Positions 44,601 through 59,600 of a DNA stretch of 64,000 nt are shown one piece after another. Both the position numbers and the translations under genes were made by a program. Position 1 is the first letter of the stretch; each line of letters begins with the position of its first letter. This stretch comes from Fimbriosthenelais zetlandica (Eukaryota). The notes beneath the pieces were generated by a model. The model did no database searches, was not told the DNA's origin, and worked only from the letters and a program-made list of their open reading frames with translations. The stretch is from contig OZ365118.1 in the NCBI GenBank assembly GCA_977030845.1, positions 21,514,001 through 21,578,000 on the forward strand. Direction: 5' to 3'.

Positions 44601-47600
44601 ATAAGTAACTACAATTGCATTTTGTAAATAGAAAATTGAGAAGAAGACTTAACAAACTTAGAAATTACAAATACTTATAATTTCATAAATAATAGAATAT
44701 CTACATTATCTAAATATAGAATATATTGAAATTGGATTTAATAAACAATATGCACTATTATTAAAATAGAAATTCCTTCAAAACAGACAAGGAAACAAAA
44801 GAGGGTACAGTCATTCTATTGCTCAGATTAAAGGTTAGGGAAAGTCTATACAAAGAGAAACATAGAACACAAAACTCGTGTTACATTGAGGAATATATTA
44901 ATATTAATAGATTTCTATTTCCCCTGTAAACTTAAAAATCTTAGAAAAGGTCACAAAATTCTAGATTAGACGTATACCTTTACCTATTACCCAGAATATG
45001 GATGTTGATTACAAAATTTTGAGATCTAATAAAAGGGACAAATATGGGCAATTTGAAGTGGAAATTTATATCAGATGTTCAAGAATTTGATAAAGTATCT
45101 TGGGACGAATGGAAGAGCAAAGATGAGACAGAAAAGAGAAGAGAGTAGAGGGGATAGAGAGAGGAAATAGGATGAAGAGAAAGGGAGAGAAATATAGGAG
45201 AGAGGGAGGAGAGATACAGAGAGATAAAGAAAAAGATAGAGTAGAGTATGAGAGGGGTGGGAGAAAGAGGGAAAGAAAGACAGCAGAGAAAGACAGAGAT
45301 AAATTGTAAAGACTTGTAGAGTAAGGAAGCATTGTGAAGAGGTGGGTTGTACATACGGCTGACATAGAACCTTGCGGGCCGGCTGTAATGGGAGGTAGGG
45401 GATGCGGCTGAGTGGTGGGTGGTGGTGGATGGTGGAGGGTGGGAGATCTCGTCGTGTGATAGCCACCCACCATGTAGACTGCTGCTGCTAGGGTCTGGTC
45501 GGTGGAGGGACCGCAATAACTTATAGGCTGGAAACCATAGAGACCACCCATATCACCAGTAGGGGTTAACACATTCACACCTCAAGCCCAGGTGTCATCC
45601 ACCATCAACCAATGCCTTAAGTTTTTATCATTTAAAATTATATTTTCATAATTTCTTGATTTTCTTTTCATTTTCACTTTTTTTCTAATTACTGGTATGT
45701 TCCAAACTTTTCCCAACTTCTTCCCTCAATATTACGTATTCTTTTCACTTTATAAGTTGAGACATTGAAGTCTTATGCTCTCCATGTCTCAGTGACATTT
45801 GTAGGCATTGGTTCATGACGTGAAATGATGAAAAACACACCACAAGGTCGTGAGAAAGTTAAACAGTATCAATGTACAAGAGTCAGAGTGATAATAAGGT
45901 ATAACTGTGTCTAGAGACAGGACAATGTTACTATAACAATGTTACATGTTACTATAACAATGTTACCATAACAATGTTACCATAACAATGGTACTATAAC
46001 AATGTTACCATAACAATGTTACCATAACAATGGTACTATAACAATGTTACTATAACAATGTTACTATAACAATGTTATTAAACGTTTTATTAACAGTCAT
46101 GTTATTCTACAGCGTCAACATGTAGAGTAAGCAGGTATTAAAATGTTTCTAGGAAAGGAAACTTGTAGTAAAGTATTGAGAACAACCAACAGAAATAATA
46201 AAGTCCAACAAGAAGTAGTTGTACAAGTATTAATGTGTAAAACGCAGACAAATGTTGGACGCATACAAGTTCCCAGTTAGCCACAAAGGGTTTTTAAAAT
46301 AAATATTATAGTTTAAATACACTTTGATTTATCGAATTGACAAAATATCGAAAATACATCAGAAGATCTCTGTAGGCAAGAAAACCTACATTTCTACTTC
46401 TACTTCAGTATCCCTTTCTTAGGTCGGTTCTTGGCAATTTTGTAGAGAATTTAAAGAATTTCTTGGGCTAAAAAGGAACCTATGAGGTGCAGAAACATGA
46501 ACTCTGTGAACATGAACTCTGTGAGTGTATGTTATAAATGTGGTCAATATAAACAGGGGCATGGAGCTTGACAAGGGGTGAATATACTAATCAATAGTTT
46601 GTTATAAATTATAATCAATACTTACATTTTCGCGGTGACATTAATGGTGAGGAAAAGCTCTGTCGTAAACCTGAACAAAGAGAGAAGGAGGAGGGGTGCG
46701 CGGTGTCAGTTACAGGTAGATGTGAACCCCAAACCTTATAGATACAAGGCAGGAGGGTGGTGACCACAGACCCTGCCAAATCACTCAACAATACCACTAC
46801 ATGTACCTCAAACGAGGATCTGATCAGGAAAATCAAGGCTTGTGATGTCACCTACCCAGTCAGATATTTATCATTTATATATAATTCTTGTTTTTAGATT
46901 AACTATTTGGATTCGGCAGAGTTGTGAAACATTTACCCTATAGATAGATTTAGCAAAGATTCAAAATCATAAATGAATGAAAACAAAACTTCTAATAAAG
47001 TGTAAAGCTTTTTGGTTATAAGATTTATGAGAAATATGGGTTGTGTCAAATGTAAATAGAAAGGTATTTTGTGATTTTACATATAAATGAAATAATTGTT
47101 CCCCAAACCTCAGTGATTTAGAGGTTCATATCAGTGAGATATCTCTTTTTGTATTTATTTTACTACTTACTTTCTTCTTGCATCCTGGCTACAACTTGTA
47201 AAGAATCGACGTCAGTAAATTTATGTTCTTGATATTCATCTGTGACGTCATTGGCCACGTCATTAACGATGTCATTGATGACGTCACTGTCGGCGTCTTC
47301 TGTCTGTGGGGAGTCGTCTAGATCAGGAGAGTCGTCATTGTACTGGGGAGGCGTGGAGTAGCGTGGTTTGTTCTTCTTGGGTCTGGTGAAAGTATTGGTG
47401 TTGACTGGAAGGGGCGAACCTAGAAGATGGGGAAAGGATAATGTATTATTAATACAATTAATATTAATGGCTTACTAACAATTTTAATGAATACATGTTT
47501 TACCTATCAATTCTTTCGTAGCAAAGTAAACATGTAAACCTCTTTTACTGAACCACTCAATTTTCAGAGTCAAAAATACTTCAGGTATCATGTACTGAAT

Positions 47601-50600
47601 AGGGAAGAATATTTCTAAGATGTATTTCTAATTCAAGAGAAAGACACATTGCTTACATCTGGTCCGGTTCTAATGTATTATACAGATCATACTTCTTATT
47701 CATTTGAAATGAACACTGTATTTGTAAGAAATGTTGATATAATGAGAATGAATCTGAGCATTGTAGAGACTCACAATCTAAGTCGTCTAAGAGATCTGGT
47801 TGTCTGCGGGGTGAATGTTTCCGTGGTCTAGTGAAGGTACCGGTGTTAATGTACGATGCTGTAACAAGGCAGTTAGAAACATAGCATTAATGTATTAATA
47901 TCATCTAATTAGGGTTTATTAGAGAGCTTATTAATACAGATAATATGCCACTGATTTTAATCTAAAAGTAATGTAAGGAAATTAAAATGATTAATTTAAA
48001 AGCGAACATATCAACATAACAATGAAATGAATTGTCGAACTAAGTTGAGGGCAAATATATAGCCATAATAAATAATGTAGTAGACACAAGGGCATTCATT
48101 TAAATCCCAATTAAATGAATCAAAAAACGTCAGGGGCAACTCTAAACTAAAAAGTACCTCCTAAGATTAATAGGCAGGGCTGAAGCCAGATTAATAGGGG
48201 TACAAGCCCTCCTAAATGACATAAGGGAACTAGGTATTTAACAGAATATATCAGACACTTTGACTTACTATTACAATCATCAATGATTTCTGGATCTCGC
48301 CTCTTCTCCAGGCCGTGTTTCTTAGGTCGAGTGAACGTCCCTGTGTTGATTCCTCTTGTGCCTGAAAAAGAAAACGATTTACTTCAAAAATGTCTTGTGG
48401 TAAAATCTTAATATAGTTAATAATATAGCTTAGAATATTCATGCACCTAAGGGAGGCATTTCTTTACCAAAATACAGAAGATAAGCAAGTGATATATACT
48501 AGAAACTTAAATGAAGAAGAAATGTCATACAATGACTTATAGTTTACTGATTGGAATGAAGCAGAAAAGCCACTTATCATAAGGAAATATTCATACAACT
48601 ATTCACAGAACTGCGTATAGAAAGAAAACTTTAAAATGAAATAATAGTGTATTGATATCTCCTTATTATCAGGAGATCTAATGGAAAATCTGGCAGAAAT
48701 ACGTGCAGGGAATTGGTGGCTTTAAAGCTCCAAAATTAAAAATTAAAACATTCAATATACTGATCTCATCTTCTATGAATTTACAAAAGTAACGGTCAAA
48801 AATAATAATTATAGTACATGCAAATGAAGGAATATATTCTAGAACTATTTGAATATAGTTCCTATTCACATGGTAACTTAGACTAACACCAATGACTTAG
48901 ACTTTAGTCATAGACTTAATAACTTACTGTGTAAGTAATGTTGTAACCGTTCTGTAGAGATAGAGATGCAAATAAAACCATTTTAGAAACCTATTAATGG
49001 GCTTAATATAAACCATTTCTGAGTAATTTATACACTAAAAGGATGGATGGTGTATGACGTCCAAAGTGTGCCAAGTTTAGATTTGAAAATAATTTATATT
49101 TAAAAGCATTTCACCAATTCCTAATTTAGTAATATTTCACCAATTATTAGTTTAAAATCAAACCTAAACCCAGTTAGCAACAGCATGAAGTTCACTTCAC
49201 ACACGTTTTTTCTTCAAATCAAAATGAAATAAACCTTTTTTTAAAAGATATTTGGGTGCCACCAGTGATCTGTGACCAAGCAGTGCCAACATAAAATGTG
49301 CAGAAAGCAGCACCTACACCTACAACCGCTCCCTTCACTCACCTGGGTACGAGTATATCACTTTGAAATTTTCTACAACACCACATAAATTAAAATAACT
49401 TTAATTATTTATTTTAAATTTGATCTCAAGACAATACAAATGATTCTGTCCTGCTGTGATGAAATATACCATGTATATGACTGGGAACCAACCACCTGTT
49501 GACCCATGATTCAGACCCCTCTACCTCATCAGTTACCTATCTGCTGATGCTGCATGTTTTGCATGTATTGTGGGTTTTGTTTGGGTTTTCCCAGATCAAC
49601 TCAGAGACAAAGCTCGTCAATGTGTGCGTGTGATCCATGGTCCCGGACATGTCATTAAATCAGACGGGGCAGCCTGCCAGCCAACAACGCTACACAATCA
49701 AATAAACGCCGTGACGTCATAGACTGAACCCTGGAGCAGCTCACCTCACTGGAGCAGCTCACCTCACTGGAGCAGCTCACCTCACTGGAGCAATGATTCA
49801 CGGGCTGAAGCCACCCTCCAACATGTAAGACATTATTAAGGCTTTACCCCCCAACCCCAGTCTTATACTCAATAATCAAGTCATGGGTACTTCATGTAGG
49901 ATGACCCATGACACCCATAATACCCATAGACACAGATTACCATGGTTACCAGAATCACCATGGACACACAGCAGATTACCATGGTAACCCGTGACATGTT
50001 GGTGGGTGGTATTGACTGGCTGTAAGTGGAGGTTAATTCCCGGGTCACACTGAGCTAATACACAGAGCAGCTCATGGAGCACAGACGGTGGAGTGTTCTA
50101 CTGGAACGTGCAAGGTCCCGGGTTCAATTCCCCAAGGATTCTCTACATTTGCTATTATACATCCAATGCTTAAAACTGGGAGAGCAATGGCCCTTCAAGA
50201 GGAGTATGTCATTGTCTCAAATTATTAAATGAAAGCCAAGGATGGACTGGACTGACAGAGCAATGACAGATGGACATTGACAGTGGGTGTGAAGAGTGAA
50301 GCAGATGTTCTACTGGCTGAGTGACACCAGGGCTTAACCTGCCAGGAGGGAGGAACTAAAGGTGATGAAGACAGAATGGGTGATCAACCTGCCACACCGA
50401 CTGAGCGGAGAGACGATGTGCGAATGTTCCCTCAAACCATGGCTGATGGCTTCACTGTGTCTTACCAGTGGCTTCACCCACCCATCCACCCCCTCCACAT
50501 ACAGATTGACTATAGTGCTAGCTTCAAGTCATCTCAGTTTACAATGCTTCTTGTTTAAAATCAGTAATAGTGAGCAGCCATGGAGGAGGGGAATATAACA

Positions 50601-53600
50601 TTCAGTATACAGATGAACAATGTAACATAAATTGGTCGCCATGCCTCCAGGGGGTTATTAAATAGTAGTCGTAAACAAATAGTAATATGAGATATGTCCC
50701 AGAATATTACAGTTTAAACATAAATGATCATAAAAAGTTCAACCTTAAATGGTCGTCAATCATGAAGTAGAGAAACTATCGTTTATATTGTTTAATATGT
50801 CAACTTTGGAAATGTACATGTATTGGTAATAATTTGTGTTTGGAGTATTCTAATGGAAGAAGTCAGCCTACTTATTTGGACAATATATTGATATTTTGCC
50901 TATTTAAACAAAATGCCAAAACCAACTGACCAAAGTTCCAGCAATCAAAATCAGTGTGACTTTAGATCATTGCACTTGTTGAACACTTTGCTGTTGACAG
51001 TAAAATAGCCAGCAGCGGAATAACGAGACCCACATGACTTCATTGAGGCCTGGCCTTGTTACAGGCCTTGTTACAGGCCTTGTTACAGGCCCGGTCAGTG
51101 GTGGAGTGAGTCACTGAGGTAGTGTTTTAGCCCCGGGATTGTTGGCTCCCACCCATGATGCCATGGAGGATCTGGGGTCGGAAACGATCATGTTCTTTGT
51201 CCCAAGGCATGGTTTGACACTGACTGTCTGTCAGTGTCATGTGTAGAGATCTCATTTAAAACTTCTAATATTTATCTTTCTATATATCAAACATTTCATG
51301 GATTGATACTAGATTTCTTAGAATATAATTTCATACATTACAAATATATATTTCTTGGAAGAAGCACAAAATCTGTGAATGGCTTTGTTTGCCAAGATGG
51401 AAGGAAGAGGAGGGAAGAGGAGGAGGGAAGAGGAGGAGGGAAGCCTATAGTAGTTTTCTGTATGAAGGGAAGGAGGGGATGTCAACCAGGGACTCAATTA
51501 CCTGGGAGGAGGGTGTCTTTTCACGAGCAGGGAGACTCTATTCACTGCCTCGCCTCTACTGTAGGCAGGGATACTCATATTTCAATATGACAAACACACC
51601 TTAAGTGCTCCGTACATTTTATATGACTACCTTTCCCGGCACGACAAACATACCTGGACTTAAATGGCGTATCAGTAGAAATATGTGTACATTGTAGACC
51701 ACTCTTCATCTACACATAATTATATTGTACTCTCCTGAAATGTGTATATGCCCTCATGAACATTAAACATTCCCATGTCATATTTTGTGAGTTTTCTTGG
51801 TATTATGACAGATAAATATATGGTATTAAAATGGATGTAAGTAAATGGAGGGGCAGGGGAAGGTCTGGGTGTAAAGCGGACTTGGTTCTATAGTAAACTA
51901 CAGGACACGTCTAGCCTCCATCATTGTTAACTTTCACATCCATGAGGCTGACCCACATTAAGTGCTTCTACACTCATCATTTTTTAACTTATTGTAGATG
52001 AATATTGTAGATGTTGTAAGATGAATTATAGCTCAGTAAGTATCACAATGAGCTTTAAGATGAATTACAGCTTACTAAAGCTCCCAGCTCGGCTGTATTG
52101 TTCATCACAGCTCAAGCATGAATTAAGTTTTTATTGGTGTGTATGTTAAGTGTGTATGATAATGAGGTGTAGCTGTATGATTGACAGGCTGTATCTACCT
52201 GTAGACACATACCATCATTTATACATATATTATATACACCCCTCACATCACCAGGTGGATTACACAATGTCCTGTACAGGAAAAACTCTTGTATGTTTGT
52301 AGCTAATTCAACAGTCAGTCAATGTATACCATAGAGGCTTGCTTTAAAATTTATAACCTATTCTATTTGAAAGGATTTCATTTGGGATTTATGAGAATAT
52401 ATTTGGAAATTAGTCAACAAAGATAATAGGTAACATTTTTTGATTTATGAGTACACATTTAACTTAATTCACTAGTGAATAAGGCCTCATAAGGAATATT
52501 TTCCTGGGAATTGATAAGACCTGTATGGTATAGAGACATTGCCTGGAGGTGTGACTGTATGTGACAGTAAGTTAGAGCGGGTGTCAGGGTGGATTAAGTA
52601 CAGTAGAACCTCACTCACCTAGACCAGAGACAGGTTGTCTGGGTGCTGTCACGCCCCCTATCGTCATGACGGGGGGTTGTGACGGGGAGTCGTCAGGTAG
52701 ATGACCTGACGCTGACGATGGTGACGTCACACTGCCTAACGTCCCTGAGCTCGAACTCCGTGATACTGAAATAACAGACGTAAATAGGCGTAAAGTAGGC
52801 GTGAAGTAGGCATTCATGTATTTAATATATTCATCAATAAGGTCTGGGGAAATAGCCATTTAGTTAATGTATTCTTCACTAGAGAAAACTATTATTCCTT
52901 TAAATATTATATTATTTTAATGGACATTTCTTTAAATTTTCTTCTCATAAATATTATGGCATTGCAATGCTCCATATAATGCTTATTTCATTTTAGAACA
53001 ATTGAAACATACCTGATATGTGACTAATAGAAATTCTTAAATAATGTCTTTCATTTCACTTCAATTATCATTTCATTTCAATATCATTTCATAATATCAG
53101 GTAATGTTGATCGTTATAGTTATAGAAGCAACGCCCAGTGTAATCTCTTCACGACCACTGTCCTATTATAGGCTGGGATCAACTTCAAATCTAGTCATTG
53201 AGCCTTTGAGTCAGTCGTGCCAGTACTATCATCTACTATCCTTGTGTCGCCATGTATCATATCATATCAACAAGGACAATGATTGATGTCTGGTGAGTTG
53301 GTGAGAATTGGGGATGACAGAGAGTGATATAGACTCATGAGGTTATATGGGGATGACAGATATAGACTCATGGGTTATTGCTATTTGAACCCATCACTGG
53401 GACAGATCATACAATAATGTAAATGCCCATAGAGATAGTAGAACATATGGTCGTCCACCCCTCTAATAGACATCTGTATACAATGTATTGTTAGGTTTTC
53501 AGACCATATGTTACATTACATAATATTAGAAAGCCATTAATTATGGTTCACACACATTGAGGATAATTTAGGTGGACACAAAATGGTTCCCAAATGTTAT

Positions 53601-56600
53601 GAGAACAGGAATTATTCTTTGAAATTATCCGCTTGGACTGAAAATCATCGGCCAATGAAGCAATGAAAGCTTGCAGTAATCTTGATTTGCACCACTAAAA
53701 GTCATGCATTCCAGATGATTGGCTTCGTGCCATTCTTTATATCAGCAATAAAATCAATGCTTTTATTAGGAAGGTTATGGAGCAGAGCATGGAGCAGAAT
53801 CATGGAGCATGGAGAGTGGGTGAGATTTGGTGATATTAATGTAGAATTGATATCACTGATTCTCAGACCTGGCAGTGCCACCCCATGCCTGCCGGATCAG
53901 AATCAGTCATTCCTCATCCGGGCATTTTTGGAGGCGGGATGGGAGGCGAAGCATTGCCATGCGGCGTAAATCAAAGAAAAAAGATGGCCTTAAACCAACA
54001 AATCAGGGCAAGCATTTCCTGCTTTACAAATGACTGCATGCACCGAAAGACAGGGGAATATTGGGCAAGAACGGGGGAGATGAGGAGGGAGAGGGAGCTG
54101 GAGTTTTATGGCAGTCATGAGTGCAGTTATGGATGCAGTCATGGATTTAGTCATGAATGCAGTCATGAACAGCTCAGTGATATTTTCAACTGTTGAAATT
54201 AGTAATTTAAATCCAGTCCTGTAACCAGACACTAGACAAGAATAACTGAGTGAACGTAATAAACTATTGATACTTACCCCTGGATACTTCATCTAATTTA
54301 AATACAAGTGATCGCCTAGCAGTTTCCACCTCTGGACTGGGATGCTCGAACTCTTCCCGTAGCCATTTATACGGACTAACGGAAGATTGAGATGAGCGGC
54401 GAGGCGACTCGTATAACCTGAAAACATCAAAATTAATAAATTAAATCAAAATTTACATCTTGTCTATAGATAATATGGTACAAAATACATCAAAATTAGA
54501 TCACAGGTAGTGGAGAAAGTATAATATTAGCCTATAGTTTTATTGCTCTATGTCACTCTTGTTGCAGCCCAGAAATTGTTTTTCTGTTCAGCAAGATAAA
54601 CCTGACAAAAGTGAGAAGAACGAGTGGAGAAAGACATGAAATAGCAGCAGAGAAATGGAGCATTCTTCTGGAGGGAGATGGAACTGAGGAGAGAGGAGGC
54701 AGACAGATAAACACTAACACAGTCTGGCAGGTATATAGGTGGTGGTGGGGGGGGGGGGGGGGGGGAGCAGGAGATAGTAGGATGGACCTATTTATAAACT
54801 TAGTACTCTAAGTCTGGACCCTCAACCTCCGTCAATCTATGTGGGCAGGTATGCAGTGTCTTACATTAGCGGTCGCCCGGTCGCCCGAGGCGAGTAAAAA
54901 TTTCTGCGGGCGACAAAGATGTTGACTGAGGTTGCCCGGGTGGGCGACTAAAAAATATAGGAGTTTTTTTTACTACGTAACTTGCTTTCAAACTTCATCT
55001 TTCCCATAGATAGGGTGGGTGGGTGAGAGATGCTCCCACTAGGAATGGTTTGCACCGATGGTGCTCGTTTGGAATTCAAAGTGTCCTCAATGTCCCTTTT
55101 TAGTTTTTTTTGTTCTAAAATTACAAATTACAAAATTTTGGGCGACCAACTGTTGAATCGGGCGACTAAGTTTTGCAACTTACTCGCCCGTATGGGCGAC
55201 CAAGTTTTCTGCTTAATGTCAAACACTGGGTATGGGGAATGTACCTGTGATGATGTCTAAGGGGTTCACTGATGGGTGTCTACCACTTGACAGGCCAAAA
55301 AGTACAGGTGTCAAGTACAGGTGTCAAGAGAGGAGTGACAAACTGTAGGGGTGTGCTCGTTACTACAGAGGAAAAAATGGACGCGTGTACACTGGTGATC
55401 CTACCTAATTCACCCTCTCTTTTCCAATTATTTTTTTAAATCTCATTCATTTGAAAATGAATCGTAGGTCCTAGGATGTGTAAAACTGGGAATATTTTTA
55501 ACTTTCCAAAGTGATGGGTGGTAAACTGAAAAAATTGGGAATTATATTGTAGATATCAATATGGAAATGTAGCTTCATGACCCTGAAAAATGATTCGCAG
55601 AATTTGGCAGAAGGGTTGAAGAGCAATTGGTCAGATATGCGTGACCAGGAGCTTGGAGCAGCTCTATACATCATATAACATATGTATAGCAATATATACT
55701 GATCGATGCCTGCATGCATCCAGACCTCAGCTGTGGCTAACCCTATATATGTAAGAATAAATCAAGTGAGAAAGGCAGAACGGGAGCACAGTGTAGAAGC
55801 CGGCTATAACTGATCAGACCTGCCCATAAAGCTGGACTACAGGCGGGCAATGGGTGTCAGCTCCCGTGCCCTGAATGGTCCATATATAATCTACTCAAAC
55901 TCAGGTGGAAGCTAAAGTCCAAGTGATAATATAAACAAATATCATAAAGATATATCTTGAAGAGATATATTTCCCAGTGTACCTAATTGGATAGGTTGTG
56001 TATGAGTTTAAATGATTAATTTGATCAGTTTAATTTTCTGTAAATAAAACCCATTCATGATTTTCCTCTCTCACCTACCCCTGGACAGACTATGGTATAG
56101 TATAGGTCCAGTGGGACTATCAGAGGTCTGATATATAGAGGTCTGTAGAGGGTAGTAGGCCTATAACAGGCCAGTAAGTACAAGCCCGGCTACTGGTAGA
56201 TTACATGCCTCCACCCTACCATCATACACCACACTTTTAATTATTTTTTACTTTGATAAATAACTGATCTGATCAATACTGGCAACCTGTAGCTACATGA
56301 CTTTATTTTACCACCAAAACTGCCTGAAGACATTCAAATAAACATATTATAATCTGCCTGAAGACACTCAAATAAACATACTATAATCTGCCTGAAGACA
56401 TTCAACTTAACATACTGTCATCCACTGATATTGTCACCTATCTGGCGGCATGAAGTATAAAGCAGAATTTGTATTTATTCTTACATAAGCCAATCCCGGT
56501 AATAAAAGGAAAGGATCCATGATACCTGCACCAGTAACCCAGGTAAATGGCCCTAATTACCGCTACAAAAGATGAGATCATTCCCCTACATAGATGTATA

Positions 56601-59600
56601 TAGATTATCCTGGATTATATCACCTCCAGGATAAGCATCTCAAATCTCATATCACAAATCTTAGCGTGGGACGATTTCAAAGGTTAAAATAAAATCAATT
56701 CTTTATGTCAGGATTGATTGTTTTTATTCGTGTGACTTTTCACTGATTGTTCTCCCGCCTGGGTTTGTTATTGACGTCCAGGATTTCTAGTGTTAAGTAC
56801 TAATTAGCGGCCACTGAACTAATCTTTAATCCAATAGGTAAAGCCGACCTAGATGGAGGAATGTAATGTTGTTAGGTTTGTATTGAATGCTGACCATGTG
56901 GATCCTAGCCAAGACATTACGGTGGCATATAGGGCAAGGGTATTTACCGTAAACTCTCCCATAGTTCCCACCGTTTAAAACACCCAATTATTTTATGATT
57001 AAATCAAATGGCATTGAAAATATATAAGGGAATATTCTATATTACATCTATAGACATAAATGAGTCATTTTGGGTTTCGTTTGGGCTCTACATGACACTT
57101 AATAAACACCAGGGTTGAGAGGTATACGGTAAGCCATGTTAGAGCTGGCACACATCCTATCCTACTTGGTTGCTTTCCAATAAGAACTTTTAACTCTTTA
57201 CTGCTGGGTGGAGATATAAAGTAAATATTAGTCATCAAGACTTTAAAACGAGTACAGCATGTACTATAACAGCTGACTTCATCAAGTGATGCACTGAGGC
57301 TAATCAATAAAGTTAAACGGTATTGATTGGAAGATGTAACATTGAAAATATTAATGTTTAAAATATAAATATACTATATTTTGCATGGTTTATATGTCTA
57401 TGGAATAACTTAAGCATTATGTATGTCTGGAGTTAGATGACAGTTCCTACACATATATTGATGATTGGTTTATAATGTAAAGGCTATGTCAATTGGTTTT
57501 CACTGGGTTAAATTTAAAGGGCATTCCTTGATTGAAGGAAACCCTTAAGTCCGTGTAAATGGTTTCTCAGTGACATAGTGAATACTAAACTTTCAACTTA
57601 AACTCAAGGGGAAAGAAAACACATCGAGGATGAATACATTATTCACAGGTGTTCACAAGTCATTATGGGAGTAGAGGGAGCCGTCATAGTCAGTATGACG
57701 TCCACTGAGATGACAATGTGAGAAGCTTCTCTATAATTCATGTATCTTATTACTGAGAAGACATCTCAACATTCAGCCCCACAAAAACCTGTAATACTCG
57801 ACTATAAGACATTATTCTATCTCAATCATCATCAACTCATGCTAGAGGCCAAGTACTGTAATACCCACGACACTAATACAAGGTCCATACAAGCAGCACT
57901 GGGTCACACTCAAATCAAACGTATACAAGATTCATATTTCTGGAAATGTGTTTGTGGGAAATAGAACATAGTTTTACTACTAATTTGTGCATTGGAACAT
58001 CATTGTATGCAGTCCAAATTCAGAATTAAATGTCAATAAAATGTATGTAAATCCTCAGTGGTGCTACATCATATTTGAATATCACACATATTTCCCACAG
58101 GACGAAGTATAAACCTTTGTCATAATCTTTCATATTAAATGTTCCTAATATTAGCAGTTTAAGGTCTTTTAGAGCCTGTTGTCTCAGTGTAGGTAAGGGG
58201 GGGGGGCAGAGCCAGGGAGGGGTAATCTATAACTGCCTTGTTCAGGTCCACCTACTCTATCTCTGTCCTGTCCCGGGGGAGGGGCAGTGACCCCCCCCCC
58301 ACCCCCGGGGAGAGAGAAGGAGGCGTGAGTCTGATGGATCACTCACTGCCTATTGGTCTCTTTAGGTTAAACCAGGACAGACTTGACCACAGGTCCACAG
58401 CTCCATTCTTTCCAATTTCATCAGGGACAAGTGTCCTCAAAAACATGTTTTTGTTAACCATTTATGGCCATTAGATTACCATAATGTTCCACAAGGACCA
58501 TGGCTCCATTTAATGCCATTTCACTGAGGACAGTATTTAATCATCTGCACAATAAAAGCCAATACAAATACAATATCAACCACATCTTAGGAGAAAATAC
58601 TTTCCATACTTTGATAATTTGTTTGGCTTTATTTATTTGAAATATATTTCCATGCCACCTGTACAAACCTAACCCAGGTTCATGGTCACTCAGACAAGTA
58701 AAGGGCCTGGTTTCCCTACAAGTATCACTTGTAGGTAGAAGCTACCTTCCCCCTAGAGACAACTATCTCTTCATTCTGTCTATCAGCGTTAACCTGCCCT
58801 GACCGGCCCGGGGGACATGGAATGTTTCACCCAGCCTATTATACAGCAGAAAATAAAAATATATGTGACCACCAGGGGAGAGTGGGATGGTCAGAACAGC
58901 CCAAGCTTCCAGTGCAAAAAAGTCATTTTGAATGTATTGTAAAACATGGCCTGGAGGCGCCTTGCCTCATGGGTTTTTTTTGTCATTTTGCTACCACTAA
59001 CTCACACTTCACCCGTGCTTGAACAAGATGTATGTAGTGGTAAATCAGTATAGGGCTGGGTGGGTGAGTGTGGGTGTGTGTGGGGTGGGGGTGTGGCGGG
59101 GTGTGAGTGTGGGGTGTGGCGGGGTGTGGGGGGAGGAGGCACACTTGTACTGGCATTGACTGAAAGCACAGCGGATGGAATCAAACAATGTGACAGGAAC
59201 AATCAATGGTGGGAGGAAACAATGGCCTGGTCTTCACGCCTGTCTCATATACTACTCTACCACCATTAGGGTACTAACAGTCATTCAGTCTTAACACTTG
59301 ATGTGCTGGTGTTTAACAATCAGGGTAAAGAACCATGAACCCAAACCCTCCATAGAACAGCGTGTTGAGTAGATTGAGTACATAAATAGTGTTAAATTAC
59401 TGTGAGATCACTGTCTACAGATGCCTCATATAATATGCACTACAGGGCTGGTCACATCATAAACACCTGCAGCTATTACAATAGATAGTCACATGGTTAT
59501 GTAAGATTATGTCACACTCCAGCCATGTATGCCACATGCCATGAAATAGTTCCTTTGTTTAATCACGATCTCCTAAATCCTGGCCTATACAGATGTGGAC

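Noticed and set aside
45066-45578. Three long minus-strand ORFs
   Set aside because: Mostly a CT-rich low-complexity tract; only 45527-45357 is proposed as a SLAIN exon.
53885-54196. ORF ending in SHECSYGCSHGFSHECSHE
   Set aside because: Derived from a degenerate 12-bp repeat (GCAGTCATGGAT) antisense in a SLAIN intron.
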